NCBI GenBank assembly: GCA_000826855.1 | Contig: JTLS01000024.1 | Span: forward strand, 1-44,644 | Source: Basidioascus undulatus | Lineage: Eukaryota | Direction of reading: 5' to 3' | DNA length: 44,644 nucleotides | Shown: in pieces, positions 16,022 to 29,147 of the stretch | Position numbering within the stretch: the first letter of the stretch is position 1 | Layout: each line of letters opens with the position of its first letter | Notes under the pieces: model-generated | Told to the model about the DNA's origin: nothing | Databases searched by the model: none | Seen by the model: the letters and a program-made list of their open reading frames with translations, nothing else | Made by a program: the position numbers and the translations under genes

Positions 16022-16910
16022 CTAAGAAACCCAAGGCCGCTCAAACGCCTCCCCACTTGGCTGCACCCCCGCCGCCTCGCACACCTCTTCGAGCTGCCGC
16101 GGCAGGCCCCCCCCCCTTCTCGTACGCCTCCGCGTCAAATAGGTACTGCACATTGAGCGCCGGCAGCGCCGGAAGCCACACCTCCCGTTCCGCCAGGACG
16201 TCGATGAACGCCGCCAGGCCGCTCTCGAGGTCAGTGAGATTGGCCTTATCGAGCCTAACGTCGAGTAGCTCGAGTAAGTGCGGGAGCTCACGCAGGGCGC
16301 ACGACGCGTTCTCGTGCTCACCCTCGTCCCACGCCCTGCGCCTGCTGTGCACGAGTGCGCCAAAGTCGGTCGAGAAAGTTCTGAGCGCGCGGAAGACGGA
16401 CGGTGCGCCGCCGACCGAGAGAGACCCGACTCCGTCGAGCGCGAGGTGCTCGAGCGTGCCGTGGTACACTGCCAGACCGTCGTTGAACAGCGTATCGAGC
16501 GGGAGGTTGAGCGCTTTCGCACGCAGGTCGAGCGCGCGCAGCTCTCGCGGAGGGCGCAAGAGCCGGAGGATATCCGAGAGCGGGATGTCGAACGTCCCCT
16601 GGTTGAAGACGATCGTGAGTGCCTCGACGCTCGACATGCCCTGCAGGGCGTTGAGCGCAACGTCGTCAGGGAGGCGGCGAGCGGGACGAACCCTGGCTGA
16701 GCTACGGCGGGATGCGCTACGGCATGATGGCGTAGAGAGGGCTCGAGTGGGCGCCGAACTCTTGGCCAACGGACGCAGAACTGGAGGACCATAGGTGGTG
16801 GGAAAGCAGGTTCGGGGAGGGCAAGGCGGTGCAAGCGCAATTCGCCAAGGGCACGCAAGAAGGAGGCGGAAGGGAATTGCTGAACCACACGAGCCGCTGG
16901 TAAGGTACAA
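16022..16910 (-). CDS. Hypothetical leucine-rich (RNI/LRR-like) protein, possibly disrupted
   Basis: 289-aa ORF with LxxLxL units (LRALDL, LEHLAL, LRTFST, LPHLLELLDV). The C-terminus may shift frame at a C homopolymer near 16107-16116. Confidence 0.45.
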
Positions 16911-17292
16911 CTTTCTCTCTTAATATCCATCTGACTTCGCTCACAGTTCCCACCTCCAGGAGACGTGACACATTGGCGGCCGCACGTTCTCCGAGAGAGT
17001 GATCGAGAGGGGGCAAGAGACCTGCATGCGGTTGACCATCGCTTAGACGATGGATTGGGATGAGATGTGGCTCACAACGCCTGATTTCAAGCTATAGATT
17101 CCCTCAAGGTCAATTCTTCTCCACCATGTTGGCGCTTCAGAACGTCGCGACAAGGTTGGGAACTTCAATCAGACAGGCACGAGCAGCATGTCGATGACCC
17201 GTGGCTGCTTGTCCTCTTGGAACTGTATAGAACGTTTCTCGATGTTCATGGAGAATGCAGACGAAGATCACAGAATGTAGTCGGCCGTCCTG

Positions 17293-18459
17293 TTACCCAT
17301 GGAACACTTCGCCCTGCGCGTCCACGACCAGAACGTCCATCTCGCCGAGTAGCTTTGCCAGGCAACGCAAGTTCTCCTGTTCTCTTCCTCTTATACTTGA
17401 ATCTATAGCACGCTTGGAAATAGCGTAGCGACGGCAATCTGTCCTTCGATAGCTTTGAAGCAGAGGTTTAGGTCGCCTTGAATCCGCCCGAGAGATTGAT
17501 TTGGGGAATTGCGATCGTAGAATGATGGTTGATAGCGTGGGGTGCGTGAATTCAGCGACGAACGACTCGGTGAAGGTGTGCGGCTGAAATTCCTTTAATA
17601 CGGGACACGTCGCATCGACGTCTCCGACGGGAGGCGAGCTCCCCTCCGAGTTGAGGTACAGGGCCGCGAGACCGGATCCGACCTGTTCAAGGGCACGACG
17701 CAAAAATGCCGAGCGAATTTTTTTTAACGTTTGATGGTGAGGCGACGAAGCCGTGGGAGTTTCGCACGACCGAGCGCTTCAAGAGCATGGTCAGGGCGAG
17801 GAATGCCCCCCGCTACCTAACATAACGTCTCGCGTGTCGAGACAGAGCGACTCGAGGTGAGGCATGTCCAAGGCAACTTGAGCGTAGGAGCTGGGAGGAA
17901 CACTCGGAAGCTCGAGTTTGAGGTGCCTTAGCGATGCTAAACCAACCAGGGACGTCGAAGCGATCGAGTCGATGGGAACATGAGTACGCAACGCGAGGTT
18001 CTGTAGCTGCTGAACAGACGAACTGCGCACGAGACCGTTGATGAAGGTCGTGTCCACCGTCTGGGCTGCCATGCTCTTTGAAGCGTCGACGGTGCGAAGC
18101 GACGCAAGAGATTCGAGTGGCTCGAGCATGGACGCGTCGTCGTCGGACAAAGGCTCCCAGTCGTCGTCCTCTTCCAGATAGCTGTACGTGAGCGCCTCCG
18201 CGCGGGTCGGCTGGCCCGTCCGAGACTGGCGCCGAGAAAGCGATCGCCAGAGCATGGTAGTCGTCGGAGTGGATATGGATCTTGGGGATCGGAAGTGATG
18301 CGATCAGACCGTTCCAACGCCTGGAGACCAGCGAGAGATTATTCGATCCCGTAGGGTCCTCCGTATCGAAATACAACGCCTCGTCAGGTTCGGTGGCCAG
18401 ACGAAAGATGCGAATGAGAATTTCGTTGGAATGCGATTGATGCTTGAAAGACTTGACAT
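17293..18459 (-). pseudogene. Frameshifted F-box/LRR-like gene
   Basis: MSSLSSINRIP shifts frame into NEILIRIFRLA..LSLVSRRWN (F-box). Later LRR-like units LQNLAL, LRHLKL and LESLCL lie in a different frame. Confidence 0.65.
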
Positions 18460-18765
18460 CGTGCGAAGGGTAAGTTGCGTAGGGGGACGAGACCCTGGGG
18501 AAAGGCAAGCCTCTTCGAAGCTGACGTGAAAGGGTTTCGAACGCCATGTGCAGCGGTATGCGTATAGCACCTTGTTCAATACCCATTCGAATATGCCTAC
18601 CACGGTATTCCAAAAAAAAAAGACCTCACGAGCTGATATGATCCGGAGAGGCTGCGGGGATGAAACTTGAGCTTAATGTTTTGTTTGCCATTCCTGGGGA
18701 AGAACGAGCTGAGAAGACGCTCCATGTTGGAAGTCGGACTTACGACTCGACCTCGTACACGCAGG

Positions 18766-19893
18766 ATGTCTGCTCATTTCCCAGTCGAAGTCCTTCACAA
18801 TATAGCAGGCGAATTGGTCGGCAAGACCTGAAGCGCTTCTGTCTCGTGTCGCGGGCGACTCGCGCCGCTGCGGGCCCCATCTCTTTCGCGAACAGACTTT
18901 TACCTGGCCGAAGGACACTAAACGCTTGCTGAAGGAGGGGGAAAATGTGATCCGGCACATCAGGTATTTGGGTTTCATGTGCGCCTCTCTTGTGTTTGAT
19001 GCAGCTAAAGAGGTCCGGGATCCAGGGCCATCACTGCTTCCATTGAGTGGCTTCGATCAATCGGAGCACATTACAGCTTCCATTCCGCCCGAACTCCACT
19101 TTCCCGCCCTGCACTCCTACTCGCTGTTCCCATCAGCCGACGCCCTCGAGATCCTCTCCTGCGCGCCGGCGCTCCGGGACATCACCGCGTCGAAGGAAGG
19201 AGACCAGAACATCCTTTCCGCAGACTTCAGGGATAAGGTCTTCCCGAAGCTGCATCCCGACGCAAGACGTTCGGTCCGCGAGCTCGATCTGCAAAGCCCC
19301 GCGGACGCGCGAGAAGTTCAGGAGCTCTTAGAGGCTGTGGCCGAGGCGCAGTTGGCCAACCTTGAGTTGCTTAACATCGAAGGCGGTCAGATTGGCGAGA
19401 CTCGGTGCGTCTCTCCCCGGGGCATCCTGAAACGTGAAATGCACGCTCACACACCGACGGTCTCTTGCAGATCAAGCACGGCAAGCTCGCCGCGCTGCTG
19501 AAGCCTTTCCCGCGTCTGCGCGGCCTCGCCCTCACGTACCACATGACGGCGACGACTCCTAATGGGACACCTATGGGGCCGAGCCCTCGGAAGACGAGGA
19601 CGACGCCGGCTCGCTGGATAGCTACGAAGCCATGGAGGCGCACTTCGAGCGCTGGGGAGAAGCGCTCGCTGGAGCGGCACAAGCGCGACGATCGCGCTTG
19701 CCGAAGAGATCTCACGCTCGAGTTCATGGCGTGGAAGATCGTCACGTCGGAGGAGGAGTGGGGTAAGCGGACGTGGAAGGTCTTGCGCGGCAAGGGTGAA
19801 TTGCGCCCCAAGCTCGTGAAGGAGGAGACCTGCGGCCCGCGCGATGGGTGGCACGCGCACATGTTCGAGTACTTTGCAACGGGGTTCGAATAG
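18766..19893 (+). pseudogene. Frameshifted F-box/LRR-like gene
   Basis: MSAHFPVEVLHNIAGEL shifts frame into RQDLKRFCLVSRATRAAAGPI (F-box), followed by ILSCAPALRDI, VRELDL, LELLNI and FPRLRGLAL. Confidence 0.65.
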
Positions 19894-20407
19894 AGATACA
19901 GGACTTGGAGTACAGCATGGCATGCTTAGGGGGATTGGGCTGTACCGCTAGGACTGGTGGTGTACCAGCAGCGTGTGCCGTTTCTCGAGTGTCGCATCGC
20001 AAAGCCAGAGACGCAGCGCTGTGGCAACCGGCTGCGCAAGATACCTCAGAGTTTCGACGAGTAAGTTGGCCTTCATTGGGAATGGAGCGCACGCATGTTT
20101 GCGAGTCGCACGCTCGAAGGAAATAACGCAACGAAGGCAGGTTGACCGCGCTGTCTGAGTTCTCCGAAGTCCTTAATAGCTGAGGCAACTAAACGTGACA
20201 CACGGCAGTGACTTTAAAAATGGATACTGAGAGGTATGCATGCGGTGTACATGTAATGCGAAAGAGACAACAGATATGCGAACGCGACCAATGGAGGAAA
20301 AGGAGAGAGTAAAACACGAAGAGAGTACAGAGCAGATGGAGCACATGTGGTCGTAATCGGTTGTTGCGACAAGGGGAAGAATGTAAGAGACTTAAATAAT
20401 CGTCGAC

Positions 20408-23400
20408 TTAACCACCTGAGCCGGAGCCGGATCCCGACCGACGCTTGTACTTCTCGTCATTCTCGCGGCGTGCGGCCGGGTCGAGCGTGTTGAGCAGGCC
20501 GAGCCCGATCTTGCCTGCAGCCTCGCTGGCGCCGATGAGGGGCTTGAGGACGGCTATCGGCACAGCTCTTACGACGGCGCGGCCGGGGCCCTGAGGATTC
20601 GAGAATAACGGGGAGATGGTTAGTGGAAGGAGCCAAGGGATACAAGATGATGACGTCGTGAACGCACCTCGGAGCCAGACTTCTCGAATACCTCCATGGG
20701 CACTAGGGGAGAAAGGGCCAGCTATCATGTCAGCAACAGCTCGTCCGCACTCGGAGGTGAATTACACGTACCAGCAAGAATGGTCTGCGCAGCGGAGCTG
20801 AGATTCTTGCCCAGGCTGCGATACGCCGACTCGAGCCCCTCGCGTACGTCCTTCGGCTGGTCCGCGTACTTGCTAAGGACCTCGCGAAGCCCCTCCGCCT
20901 CGTCTTCGCTTCCCGTCCCGCCGTCCCGGCGCGGCGTCCCGCCGCCCGACGCAATGCGCCCGCCAGCGCCAGCGCCGACCTCGCCGATGACCTGCTCGCC
21001 GAAGCGGCCACCGAGCACGCCCTCCGCGCGCTCAAGCACAACTTGGGTACCTGTCGCCAGGCGCGCACCGAAGCGAAGCGCCTCAAGCCCTGCGCTACGC
21101 GCGAACGCGCTCGTGCCTTTCTGCAGGCCGCGGACGAGGCGTCGGTCGCGCCTGTACTGCTCGAGCGGGAGGAGAACGAGGTCCGCAACGCCCGAGCCGA
21201 CGTTGACCAGCGAGCGAACGGGGGAGATACCGGACAGGACATCGGCGAGCTGGTTCGCCTTGACGTCTGGCGTCCAGATGTCGTTGAGAAGGTTGAAAAG
21301 GCGCGGCCATCCGATAATCTGCCAGCCGTCCATGTGAGCTGGTGCAGCTGCATAACACGAAGACAAATAGGCGTACGCCGGAGAGGGTGACTTTGCGAAG
21401 CGTCATCTCGGCGCCATCGAAGTGGAAGAAGTTCATGAGCTCGATCGTGCGACCCTCGCGCAGGGCGCGGTAGTCGACTCGCTTCGGCTTGTAGTCGAGC
21501 TTGATCTCGATCGGGTGGACAATGACGCTCTCTGATAACCGGCGGAGCAACACTGTCAACGACACATCAACAAATTTCGCATAGGTGATAACGCACGGAG
21601 ATACGGGCCCGACGAGCTGGAGACCTCCGGAACGGCTGGCGCAGAGGGGTCGTGGAAGGCAAAGAACTTCTTGAGGAAGTCGAGCGCGTCCTGATCGACG
21701 TTGAGCTTGAGAGGCAGGATCTTGGCCTACGAGTGCACGCAACGTCAGTATGAGCGGGCTTTACCCTAGACGGTGAGCAGCTCACCTGCACGCGTGTCTC
21801 CTCCTGAGCGTTGAGGGCGGGTTGCACGGTTCTCAGGTCCAGGCGAACCATGCTCGAGCCCGTCTCCCTGACGCCGCCGCGCGATGTCGTGCGCAGCTCC
21901 GTGAGGAACGTGCGCCAGGTAGACGTCTTGATGTGGTCGAGGATCTCAAAGTCGCGCACAGCGACGATGAGGCGCGAGACCAGCCCCTCGTGCGTCCCGC
22001 CGCCGTCGGTCTTGGGCGACGACAGCCGGTCGACGTCCGCCTCGACGCCGCGCAGGCTGAACTCGACCTGCGGCGCACGGCTCCGCGTGAGCTTCTTGCC
22101 CTTGACACGTGCCGCGGGCTCGTCCCTCCGCGCAGCGGTTGCAGCGGCCTCTCCGGCCGGCGCAGGCGCGGAAGCCAACCCGCGGCGAGGCAGCGACTGC
22201 CAGGAGTCGCTTTCGGGTGAGCCAGGAGCGGCAGGGTCGTCGGTGTCGTCCCGGAGCTCCTCGTCGAGCGCGGCCATCAACGCGTCGTGGTCCATGTCCC
22301 GCGCGTCGCCGGGGAGGCCAACGTAGACCGAGTTGAAGAGGAACGCGCTCGCGTCCTCCTCGTCCGCGTCATCGATCGTCTCGTCCGGCGTCTGGCCCTC
22401 GGCGAGGAGCTGGCGGATCTTGACGAGCCGGCGACGGACGCGCTTGACCTCGTCCTCGATCGCCTTGCGCGTGCTGTACCAGTCGTAGCCGTCGTGCAGG
22501 TTGACTGAGATGTCGCAGTTGCGTAGACGAAGGCGGAACGAGCTCGAAGGAAGCCTGTACAAAGAAGTCAGCATGCGCAGCTACCGCGCTTGGTTGGCAG
22601 AAAACGCACTTGGAGCCAAGCATATCCTCCTCAGGCGCCTCGATCTTAGCAAAGTAGTTCTCGATGATCTGTATCCCGCCAGGGTCAATGATGCGCACGA
22701 CCTCCGTCTGGTTCCCGATGCCGGTGAAACCAAACTCCGGCGAGTCCGGCGACGAAGCGGTTGACGGCGAGCGCAGCGACCCTGCGCCTCCTCCCGCCCA
22801 CGCGCTGAAGTCGTCGTCGTGTGGCGTTGGCGCTGTGGTCGCCTTCCGAGATGAGGGCAAAGGGAGCGCTTCATCCAGGTAGTCGAGATTTCGGGGGACG
22901 TCGTCGTCGACCATGTCGAGCTGTGGACCGAGGCCGGGAACGCCGCGGAACGCGTGCTCGTCGAGACTCGCTGCAATGTACATCGGAATGTCACATGCCT
23001 GCCCGTCCTTCGAAAAGCCTGGGAAACACTTTGCTCACCTAGCAAGTCCATGCGCCGCTTTTCAGACCTCGGGCTGTCGCGTGGGGCTGTAGCAGACGGC
23101 GGCGGCGTAACGCTGTCGGCCAGACGCGACGGTCCCTGTTCAGCTAGGCATTTTGACAGTTCTCAGAAGCAGGACGCACGGCTCAGAAGGCGGTGCCAGA
23201 TCCCCTGCGAACGCGCCGAGGGTAACGAGCGAGTCGGGGCAGAGCGCCAACCGCACGTCGAGCTTAGACACGTCAACCTGCGAGCGATTGGACAGATAAC
23301 TGTCAGCTTAAGCTAAGTAAACACAGAGCCAAACCGAAAGGGAACTGACCTCGACCTCGGGCGGCCCCACAGACGTGGACGAGCTCACGCACCCCTTGAG

Positions 23401-26400
23401 CGCAACGACGTCCACGAGCTGCGCGAAGCCCTGGCGCTGCACACCATTTCCGCCAGTTCTCATCAGCCTCCACTCTCATCCACCAACCCCTCCTCCCTTG
23501 CGCACGCACCTTCCAGTACTCCCCCGCCTCCCCGCCCTCCTCCGCACCGCCCTCCCTCTTCACCGCCCGCGCCTCAACATCCACCAGCCAGAGGCCCAGC
23601 CCGCCCGCGTCGAGGTCGACCTTGCTGCGCACCGCGTCAGGCGCGAGGTCCGTCCGCACCGTCGCAGAGCCGAGGACGAGCACGGCGCGCGCGGCGGGGA
23701 GCGTGCTCGGCGTGAGGTGCAGGGAGGCGTTGGAGAGCGTGAGGGAGAGACGGACGAGCTCGGTTGGGATGGCGGATTCGAAGGCCTGCAGTACGCCACC
23801 ACCACCGAGAAGCTTCATCAATTCTCCTTCTTCTGTTTGAGCGAGACAGCGACGCACCCCCTCCGGTGTCTTCGCGAACCGTACGACGTCCGCGATCCAC
23901 TCCATATCCTCATGCGGGCGGAGCGCGAGCGTAAACCCGGCGAGCGTGAGAGAGATCTTGGAGTCCTTGAGACCGACGTCGGGGTCGACCCACGAGAACA
24001 TGCGGAGGTTGAGGAAGGGCGCTGCCAATGCGGATGTCTGGCCAAACACGGCCGAATCAGCTCGGTATGCTTCAAGTTTGCTTGGCCTGGCGAGATGATA
24101 CGCACAGTCATCTGCAAGATCTGCCTCTTCCCCTCTTCGGACGAGAGCGCCGCGCGCTGCGCTGTGACGGTGATGACGGTCTCATCCTGTCATCTCGCCC
24201 TATACATCAGGACCACGCTCCTCTCCCCCTTTGCCTCCCTGCTCCCATCGGACGTACCTTTCCGCCCTCCAGCATCTTCAGCCCCACCTCAAGCCCCTGC
24301 ACGCCCGCATTCAGCACCCGCTCGCCCGTCCCGTCCCCGTCCGAGCGAGGCACATGCAGGACGACTTCGACTGTGTTCCCCGCCACTTCCGCCGCATCAG
24401 CCAACCCAGATCTGCCTCTTTGTCTGCGAACGCTGAAACCAGAACGTACCTTCCCCCACCCCAACATCCACTTCCACCCGACTCTTCCTCCCCTCCGCGC
24501 CCTCCTCCTCTTCCTCCCCTGCAGCACCGAAGACGGCCCTCCCCCCGCTCCTGCCAAAGTACCGCGTCCCAATCATTCGGTCCCTCTGCCCGTCCCTCTC
24601 TCCACCGGGCGCCGCGCGCCCTTCCGCCCACTGGCCCACATCGTCCGCGAGGAGCTGCAGTCCCTCGACCGTGCGCTGGTGCAGGTCGATCTTGGCATGG
24701 GGGATGTGTGCGCGGACGCACATGCGCGGGGACGTCTCGAGCGTTAGGCGGTTCTGCGGCCGGCCGGTGGTGGTGCTGAAGGAGGTTGGGGTGGAGAGCG
24801 AGAGGAACGGCGACGCGCGGGTTTCCTCAGCGGGCGTCCACCACCCCCCGACGCTCTCCCATCCTGCGCGCACTGACCCCGCCCCGCCGAGCCCGACAGA
24901 CAGCCCGGACAGCCCGAGGGTGAGGATTCCCGAGCGGAGGGGAGAGGCGCCGCGCGGACGGAAGGAGCGCGGCGCGGGGGCGCGGAGCGAGATGCGGAGA
25001 TGCGGGATGGCGAGGGTGGGTGTGGGTTTGCAGGACCAGGGAGACGGAGATGGCGGAGGGGAGAGGAACGACGAGGGAGGAGCGGAGGGAAGCGTCCCGG
25101 CGAACTTTTCGAGGCGCTGTACCGTCTGCAAGTCGACGAAGAGATGCACAGGCGCGAGATCCACCCTCGCGCTCTCGCCCTCGCGCATAGTAACCCTGAC
25201 CACCGCCTCCGGCGCCGCTGCTCTTGCACTGATCCTGGGCTGCGCCGAGACGGGACGGACGCGCCATGTGCGATCATCGTAGATGGGCTGGCGCGCGAGG
25301 GGGTGAAGCCAGTCGTCTGTCTCGAGAAGTGTGACGGGCGCGCGCGCGAGGTACGGGTCGAAGATGAGGATTGGCTCGGAGGGGAATGGGGAGGCGGGGT
25401 GGTGCGATGTGAGCGCGAGGTCGGCGACGGAGAGGCTGCTGAGCGAAGCCGAGACGGTCTCGACGCGGAGGCGGAAGTGCGCTGAGGGGATGGGCGTGGA
25501 AGAGGGGCGGGCGAAGAGCGCTTCGGGTACGGGTGAGGGCGGGTGATCGAGGAGGAGGAAGAAGTGGAGGGATTTGAGAGTGAGGGTGAAATTCCGGAGT
25601 GGTTTAGGGGCCGGCGAGGCGGGCGCGGGAGGTGCGGCGGCAGGAGGAGCGGAGGGCGCAGACGGGGGAAGGGCGTGTAGGATCGAGAGGAGCGCGCGGG
25701 TTTGAGGGGGGCGGAGGAGGACGGTGATGGTGGGGATGGAGATGGTCATGCTTGGGGAATCAGAGGGGGAGAGCCGAATCAGGGAGGGCGTGAGGGCGAG
25801 GATGCGGGTGGGCGCGGGTGCGGCCTTGCCGGGTGGGGGAGACGGCGGCGATGGTGGGAGAGGGGAGGGCGAACGTCGCGAAGGGGCGTCAGAGATGGCC
25901 GAATGGAACAGAGTCGTTGAGGCCCCAGGGGTGGTCGTAGTGGTGGAGATGTGCGAAGCCCGCAGATCCGCGATCGCCTGGCTCATGAGCATCATGCTCG
26001 CTTCCCCATTCTCCTCCTCCTCGCTCTCCTGCTCAGAAGCGTACGAGCTCGCCCCATCATCATCCTCCTCGGCACCCGTGCCACCCTCTCCACCGGGCAC
26101 GGTCATCCAGGCCCCGACGCCCGCGATCCGGAGCGTGCACCCCTCGCCCTCCTCGTCCCCGTACCGGACCTCCTCCACACGCAGCTCGACCTCGGCGCCC
26201 GCATGCCGGAGGCGGACGACCGTCTCGCGCGCTGCAAACTCGAAGCGTGCGAGAATGCGGTCGAGCACGGACGCGAGGAGGGATGCGGATTCCGCCTGCT
26301 GTACCGGAGCGGCAGCGGCGGCGGCGGACGAGGGGGAGAAGGAGCCGGGGATGGCGGCCGCTTCGCCTAGGGCTTCTTGCTCGGTATGGAAGAAGGTGGA

Positions 26401-26960
26401 CGCGGCGGAGGATATGGACTGGGCGAGGTCGGCGGGAAAGTTGTGTGCGGCGTCGGATGGGGAGGGGACATGTGGCGCAGGGCGGAAGGTGAGGGTGAGG
26501 GTGTCGACCGAGAGGAAAAGCGGGTCCGCCCAGAAGTTGGACCATGGCACGCGGGCCTGTACCCTCCCCAAGCTGCCCTCCTCCAGCTCCAGCTGGAGAC
26601 CCTTCAAGAGCTCATTGATCGCCTGTACCCCTGGCACTGTCAGCCCCGTCGCTTTCCTGCTGGATGTACGAATCGGCACGCACCCGCTCGTCCAGCTCCA
26701 CCCGTCCAATCTCAAACCGCCCATCTCCCAGCTGCGCATCAACCTGCTCGAGATGGACCTGTCCACCCTTGACGAGGTGCCCGACCGCGCGCTTGAGGAG
26801 GAAGGCGAGGAAGCTGCGCTGGAGAGCCGGGAGCGAGGGGAGCGCGAGCGGCGGAAGCGGCGGGAGGTACGCCAGCAGCCAGGACACTGCGGGAGAGCCA
26901 GAAAGAAGCGTCAGGCGTGTTTGGATCAATTAAACATCTTGATGAGTCGCTGGACATACT
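20408..26960 (-). CDS. ATG2: Autophagy-related lipid transfer protein Atg2 (multi-exon)
   Basis: N-terminal chorein domain ([19 protein letters not shown]). Also [40 protein letters not shown] and C-terminal [57 protein letters not shown]. Confidence 0.95.
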
Positions 26961-27437
26961 GCCAGGCTATGGGCTGATGCCAGAGCGATGTCTTCGAGGT
27001 CGAAATTAAGGTCGCTCAATGGTCGCTTTGGTCCCTTGGCTTGTATCACGACCGCCCGGGGGACGGCTCGGAGGATTCGCTTGCTGTGTGCGGAGTTTAT
27101 GTACAATCAGATGCTCTGGATTGGAATATTGCAACAGTGATATGGGGCTGGATGGTGGTACAATGGCAAGAGGCACCTCTGGGACGTCGATCTCCTTGAT
27201 AGCAAGCACGTTTAAATCACGTCACGTGTGTCTGCCTGTGAGAGTTTCGGTTCTTTTTTTTTACGTTAGACTATTCGGACTACCAGCTTCTATGCAAGCC
27301 ACGCCCCGCATGGTGACTGTGCAGTATTGATTCAAAGCCTCCCGTACTCCATGTATTGTGCTCCTCCGCGAAGCCAAAACCCCTTGTTGGCTCGCCACAG
27401 GAATCAGGCAGCAGGCAGGCCTGACAGACGTTCTCTC

Positions 27438-28570
27438 GCAGGATCAAAACAGAGCGTCTTCCGGGCGAGGTCCTATTGCGTATATTCGAATACATGATGG
27501 AGGGTAGGACCATTCGATCCCCTTCCCACCCCGTCCATCCCCTCTGCCGCGTGCCGAAACGCGGGAAGGTGCGTTCCGTCGTTTCTCGTCCGTCACGAGA
27601 GCGAGCTCAAGTTGTCCCTGTCCCCAGTCCCTTGCCGACCAGTTCTTCTATCGAAGACTCTACCTTAACTCAGTGAATATCACTCGGGTTGCAACTCACT
27701 TCGCCCAGATCATGACGGCCTGCAACAGATGAGAACATCCCGGCCGCCTTGATCGCCGCTGCTATATGTTACGCACGTTGCGGCAGGCGCCCACGCCGTC
27801 TTCGCCGACGACTTCCTCTCGATCGCACCCCAATTCGTCTCCCTTTCTGAACTCAAGATCACATACCCCCTTGACGAGCCCCTTCTGGCCCTCCTCGCTC
27901 AGAGCGCCTTCGCACCCACCGTGCGCCATCTTCTCGCCCAGTGCAGCTACAGCCTACCTTTCCCACTTCGCAGCAGCCATCGAGCTTCGACTAACCTTCG
28001 AAGACCTTAGTCCCACCTTGACCAACACCTATCGACCCCGCGGGGCACAACTCTCCTCGCCTTGCGCTCTCTCACAGTGTATACCCCAGGAAGCACTGCT
28101 GACGTCTCGGAGAACGTGCTGCGCGCCCTCGGCTGTGCAATCTTGCCTTCGCTGAAGAATCTCAACCGGTGGCTGGTCGAGGCCAATCCTGCCTCGCTTC
28201 ACAGCTCGCTATCCCAGGTTGGGACTGTTCTCGAGTCGCTCAGCTTGCTGGGCGCAATGCGGACGATCCCCCTGCTCTGAAACGTGTCCCTCTCTCCTCC
28301 GACTTCCCCGGACTCAATACCACCAGAGTACACCTGCACATTCCGCCACCCAACCCTAGAGACCTCTTTCTTCCAAGCTCCGACAGCCTCGACGATCTCG
28401 TCGACAACCTAGAGATCATCAACAGCCTCGACATGTCTGGTCTCCACGTCCTTCGGTACACGAATCAGAGTGCATCACTCTGGAGCCACTCGATCCGCGC
28501 GATACGTCCGACGCGAGCGTCATGGACCTTTACAAGTACAACTCACTCGAAGCGTGTCAGCTCGCGCTGG
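27438..28570 (+). pseudogene. F-box/LRR-like paralog A, heavily degenerate
   Basis: RLPGEVLLRIFEYMMEG..HPVHPLCRVPKRGK, SPFWPSSLRA and VLRALGCAILPSLKNL are spread over several frames and are collinear with paralog B. Confidence 0.7.
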
Positions 28571-29147
28571 CTTGCAATCGGAAGGGTTTGACGCTGCTAT
28601 GCGGGGGAGAGTGGACTGTCCAGATAGGGCGCGCTTAGTTGTTGCAATGAGCTTGCTGTAGCTGGTTAGGAATGTGATTTGCCTGGAACAGTTGGGCTGC
28701 TGGACCTGCATTGCGTCAAAGCTCTTTGAAGTGGGTCGGTACCACCTACGCACACCCAGCGGCTAGGGTTCGAAACCATGCCAAGTCTCTCAGGCTTTCG
28801 GAGGAATAGATCGGTACAGTAAGAGTGGAATGACCAAGATATCAGGGTGTCGATCGACAGCTAACCTAAAAGACGGCACTATTAAGCGGCCGTCAAACTT
28901 CGACTTCCCATGCTTTGAGGAAGTCCGCCTTCATTTTTCCGTTGTGTTGCGCAATGCCAACCAAAACATCATTGTGCTTATAGAGTGCGAACCCTGCCAC
29001 CATACAATTACTACTGCCATTCGTGAAAAGTAACGTCCGAAATTGAGGTCCAGTTTGGCCGAGCGAGGTAAGGTCTTCTCAACTCAGTCATGCCTCGCAA
29101 CACCCACACACGACGAAACGACACGAAACGACCACATACCATGGTGA

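Noticed and set aside
23375..26977. Long plus-strand ORFs (353 aa, 417 aa) opposite ATG2, and similar antisense ORFs over POL3 and ARG2
   Set aside because: These are shadows of GC-rich coding sequence, with low-complexity translations and no recognisable motifs.
28655..28780. GGTTCGAAACC B-box/T-loop-like motif with a weak A-box upstream
   Set aside because: I could not fold a cloverleaf and the box spacing is too long, so there is no support for a tRNA or SINE.
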